DNA from: an uncultured virus (IMG/VR IMGVR_UViG_3300006213_000002) | Lineage: Duplodnaviria > Heunggongvirae > Uroviricota > Caudoviricetes | IMG/VR virus record: IMGVR_UViG_3300006213_000002 | Coordinates: 62,001 to 126,000 of that record | Strand: one strand, 5' to 3' | DNA length: 64,000 bases | Shown: piece by piece, positions 62,159 to 64,000 of the stretch | Numbering within the stretch: the stretch's first letter is position 1 | Layout: each line of letters starts with the position of its first letter | The notes under the pieces: model-generated | Database searches by the model: none | Told to the model about the DNA's origin: nothing | What the model saw: the letters and a program-made list of their open reading frames with translations, nothing else | Made by a program: the position numbers and the translations under genes

Positions 62159-62302
62159 TTTTATTTTCCTCCTTTCTTTATTATAATAAAAATATTTCTC
62201 AATGTATATTTTCAAAATATATAATTATTTATTCACGTATATTATAGTAACATATTTAATTTCTACCATTTAATTTAAATAATAAAAAAATGAGGTGATT
62301 AA

Positions 62303-62752
62303 ATGGATAATACTATTATTGGTTATGATACAACATTTGAATTGAACGAATTTAATCAACCAAGGATACGTAGTGAAATAGAAACAGTAAAAAATACTAT
62401 TCTTTTTATTTTATTTGCAAAACCTGGATCATATCCATCTATACCCTATTTAGGTATGGATATACAAAATACTCTATATTCTTTTTATGATGAATTAGAT
62501 ACATCTAAGATGGAAGATGATTTAATTCAACAATGTGAAGCATTACAAGTATTTTTTAATAAAGGAGATATAGGAATAAAGAAAGTAAAATATAAAGGAA
62601 AAATACCTTCATTACTTATTCATATAGAAGGTGAAGAAACATATCCTGAAGGTTATATGAAGAATCCAATAAATAATATTAATCGTTATTTAATAGGATT
62701 AACTTATAATGAACTAAATGAAATGTTAGTGAATATTAATAGTGAAATATAA
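62303..62752 (+). CDS. baseplate wedge gp25-like protein
   Basis: VKNTILFILFAKPGSYPSIPYLGMDIQNTLY matches the gp25/GPW pattern. Confidence 0.65.
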   Translation: MDNTIIGYDTTFELNEFNQPRIRSEIETVKNTILFILFAKPGSYPSIPYLGMDIQNTLYSFYDELDTSKMEDDLIQQCEALQVFFNKGDIGIKKVKYKGKIPSLLIHIEGEETYPEGYMKNPINNINRYLIGLTYNELNEMLVNINSEI

Positions 62753-62767
62753 AGGAGGTTAATTAAT

Positions 62768-63490
62768 TTGGTTACTAATAGAAAATATATAGAAAAGTTA
62801 ATATATGATACATATGATGCATTAGATCCATCTGGTACTAATACTCAAAAATATAGATCTATATTAGAAAATTTATCTGATAAAGAATTTGAAAAGTTTT
62901 TTAAAGATTTTTTAAAAGACGAACATGAAAACTTTGTGTTAGATATTGTAGAGTTAGAAAGACCAATAAAAATGGAATATTGTCAAAAAGCAGCTAAAGT
63001 TGTTGGTATACCATTAATGGAATATGTATATATGCCACATCTTACTATGGATAAATCTAATGTAATAGTATCAAAAGAAAAATGTCTTGTAGGATTTATG
63101 AATATTAAAAGACCACAACAAATGGTTTATAAAAAGAATTCATTATCCATATCAGATGAAAAACGTTCGGCTACTACTGGTCAGGTTGTAGCTAAAGATA
63201 AAAATGCACGTGATAGTGATATTGAAGCTTCATTGTTAGTATCTTTAGGAGCAAATAAAATACTAGCTGAGTTTCATGGACCAAGAGCTGATGATATTAT
63301 AATGAAACGACAAATGAATCAAAGTATAAAGAATAAGGGATATGTAATATTAGATGAATTAGAGAATCTTCCTACTAACAAGGTTACTCTTAATACTGTA
63401 AATACATATTTATTATCTATGATGCTTAAGTCAGATCTTGTATCAGATACATATATTTTACCTAAAACATCTGAAGAATTATTTACTTAA
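62768..63490 (+). CDS. rpoB: RNA polymerase beta subunit C-terminal fragment (phiKZ-type split RNAP)
   Basis: VGFMNIKRPQQMVYKK ~ VGYMYMLKLNHLVDDK; SATTGQV ~ SLVTQQP; RDSDIEASLLVSLGA ~ RFGEMEVWALEAYGA; RADD ~ KSDD. Confidence 0.8.
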   Translation: MVTNRKYIEKLIYDTYDALDPSGTNTQKYRSILENLSDKEFEKFFKDFLKDEHENFVLDIVELERPIKMEYCQKAAKVVGIPLMEYVYMPHLTMDKSNVIVSKEKCLVGFMNIKRPQQMVYKKNSLSISDEKRSATTGQVVAKDKNARDSDIEASLLVSLGANKILAEFHGPRADDIIMKRQMNQSIKNKGYVILDELENLPTNKVTLNTVNTYLLSMMLKSDLVSDTYILPKTSEELFT

Positions 63491-63571
63491 TATATTTTAT
63501 TTCTAATACTATATTATTAAGCTTACAATAGCGGGATAATACAAATAATATTTAAAAAGGAGATGACAAAA

Positions 63572-64000
63572 ATGGCAAGTTTAAGAATTCAGGTTCTTGG
63601 AACAGGATTAATTCCTAGAGGTTTAGGATTAGCTCCTAGAAAAGAGCCATTCCCTGCAGATTTTACATTAATTGGAACTATAATGGCTACAAATGGATTG
63701 AAGATTAATTTCTTGAATCCTACAACAAATAAGTTTGTTGAGCTTACAAATAAAAATGTAAAACAAATGTGGGATAAATATTCTGATTATGATTTTACAG
63801 GATCAAATAATGTGCCTGTAAAAGAAACAGTAAAGAAACCTGTTGTAGAAAAAACTACAACGCCTCCAGTTGTACCTGTTTCCAATGATTCTAATACTAT
63901 AGAGAAAGAGAAAGAGGAAGATAAACCTGTTGTAGAGGAAGAGTCAGTTATTAAAATAGAAACTTCTGATGATAATACAGAATCTAAAGAATCTGATACC
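63572..64000 (+). CDS. hypothetical protein, truncated by window end
   Basis: MASLRIQVLGTGLIPRG... open to 64000; AAAGGAG RBS. Confidence 0.7.
   Translation, partial: MASLRIQVLGTGLIPRGLGLAPRKEPFPADFTLIGTIMATNGLKINFLNPTTNKFVELTNKNVKQMWDKYSDYDFTGSNNVPVKETVKKPVVEKTTTPPVVPVSNDSNTIEKEKEEDKPVVEEESVIKIETSDDNTESKESDT

Noticed and set aside
1..64000. Uracil-substituted DNA as in AR9/PBS1, or a recoded genetic code
   Set aside because: Low GC alone is not evidence; no Ugi or dUTP-pathway gene was recognised; long genes read cleanly in code 11
1..64000. Chimallin (nuclear shell) gene
   Set aside because: No ORF could be assigned by eye; a structure-based search is needed and the gene may lie outside the window

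Overview
Very AT-rich, densely coding segment of a phiKZ/AR9-type jumbo phage genome. The host is probably a low-GC Gram-positive (Firmicutes), inferred from strong AAGGAGG ribosome-binding sites and M23/NlpC-type cell-wall hydrolase domains. Recognisable genes: a UvsX/RecA recombinase, a cold-shock protein, two multisubunit RNA polymerase pieces (a beta'-like gene and a beta C-terminal gene), an HD hydrolase, an SF2 helicase, a primase, a tubulin/PhuZ-like GTPase, a BCS1-like AAA ATPase, an SPFH protein, half of a split family-B DNA polymerase, a GyrB-like topoisomerase subunit and several virion proteins, including 2738-aa and 2790-aa giants. Three self-splicing elements each sit in a catalytic motif: a group I intron in the RNAP D-F-D-G-D motif (5195-6545, minus strand), a group I intron in the GyrB DAD-VDG motif (53759-54965), and a class-3-type intein in the AAA Walker A motif (34828-35901). 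The most unusual structure is the RNAP intron. Its GIY-YIG endonuclease gene lies antisense to the intron, has its own phage-type promoter motif, is looped out by a perfect 15-bp stem, and is preceded by a perfect 14-bp inverted copy of the intron's catalytic S/P7 element. Other notable items are two sigma4-alphaCTD fusion paralogues, a recurrent TKATATATTHTW promoter motif, and three structured intergenic regions. All family assignments are from motif recognition by eye; no searches were run.
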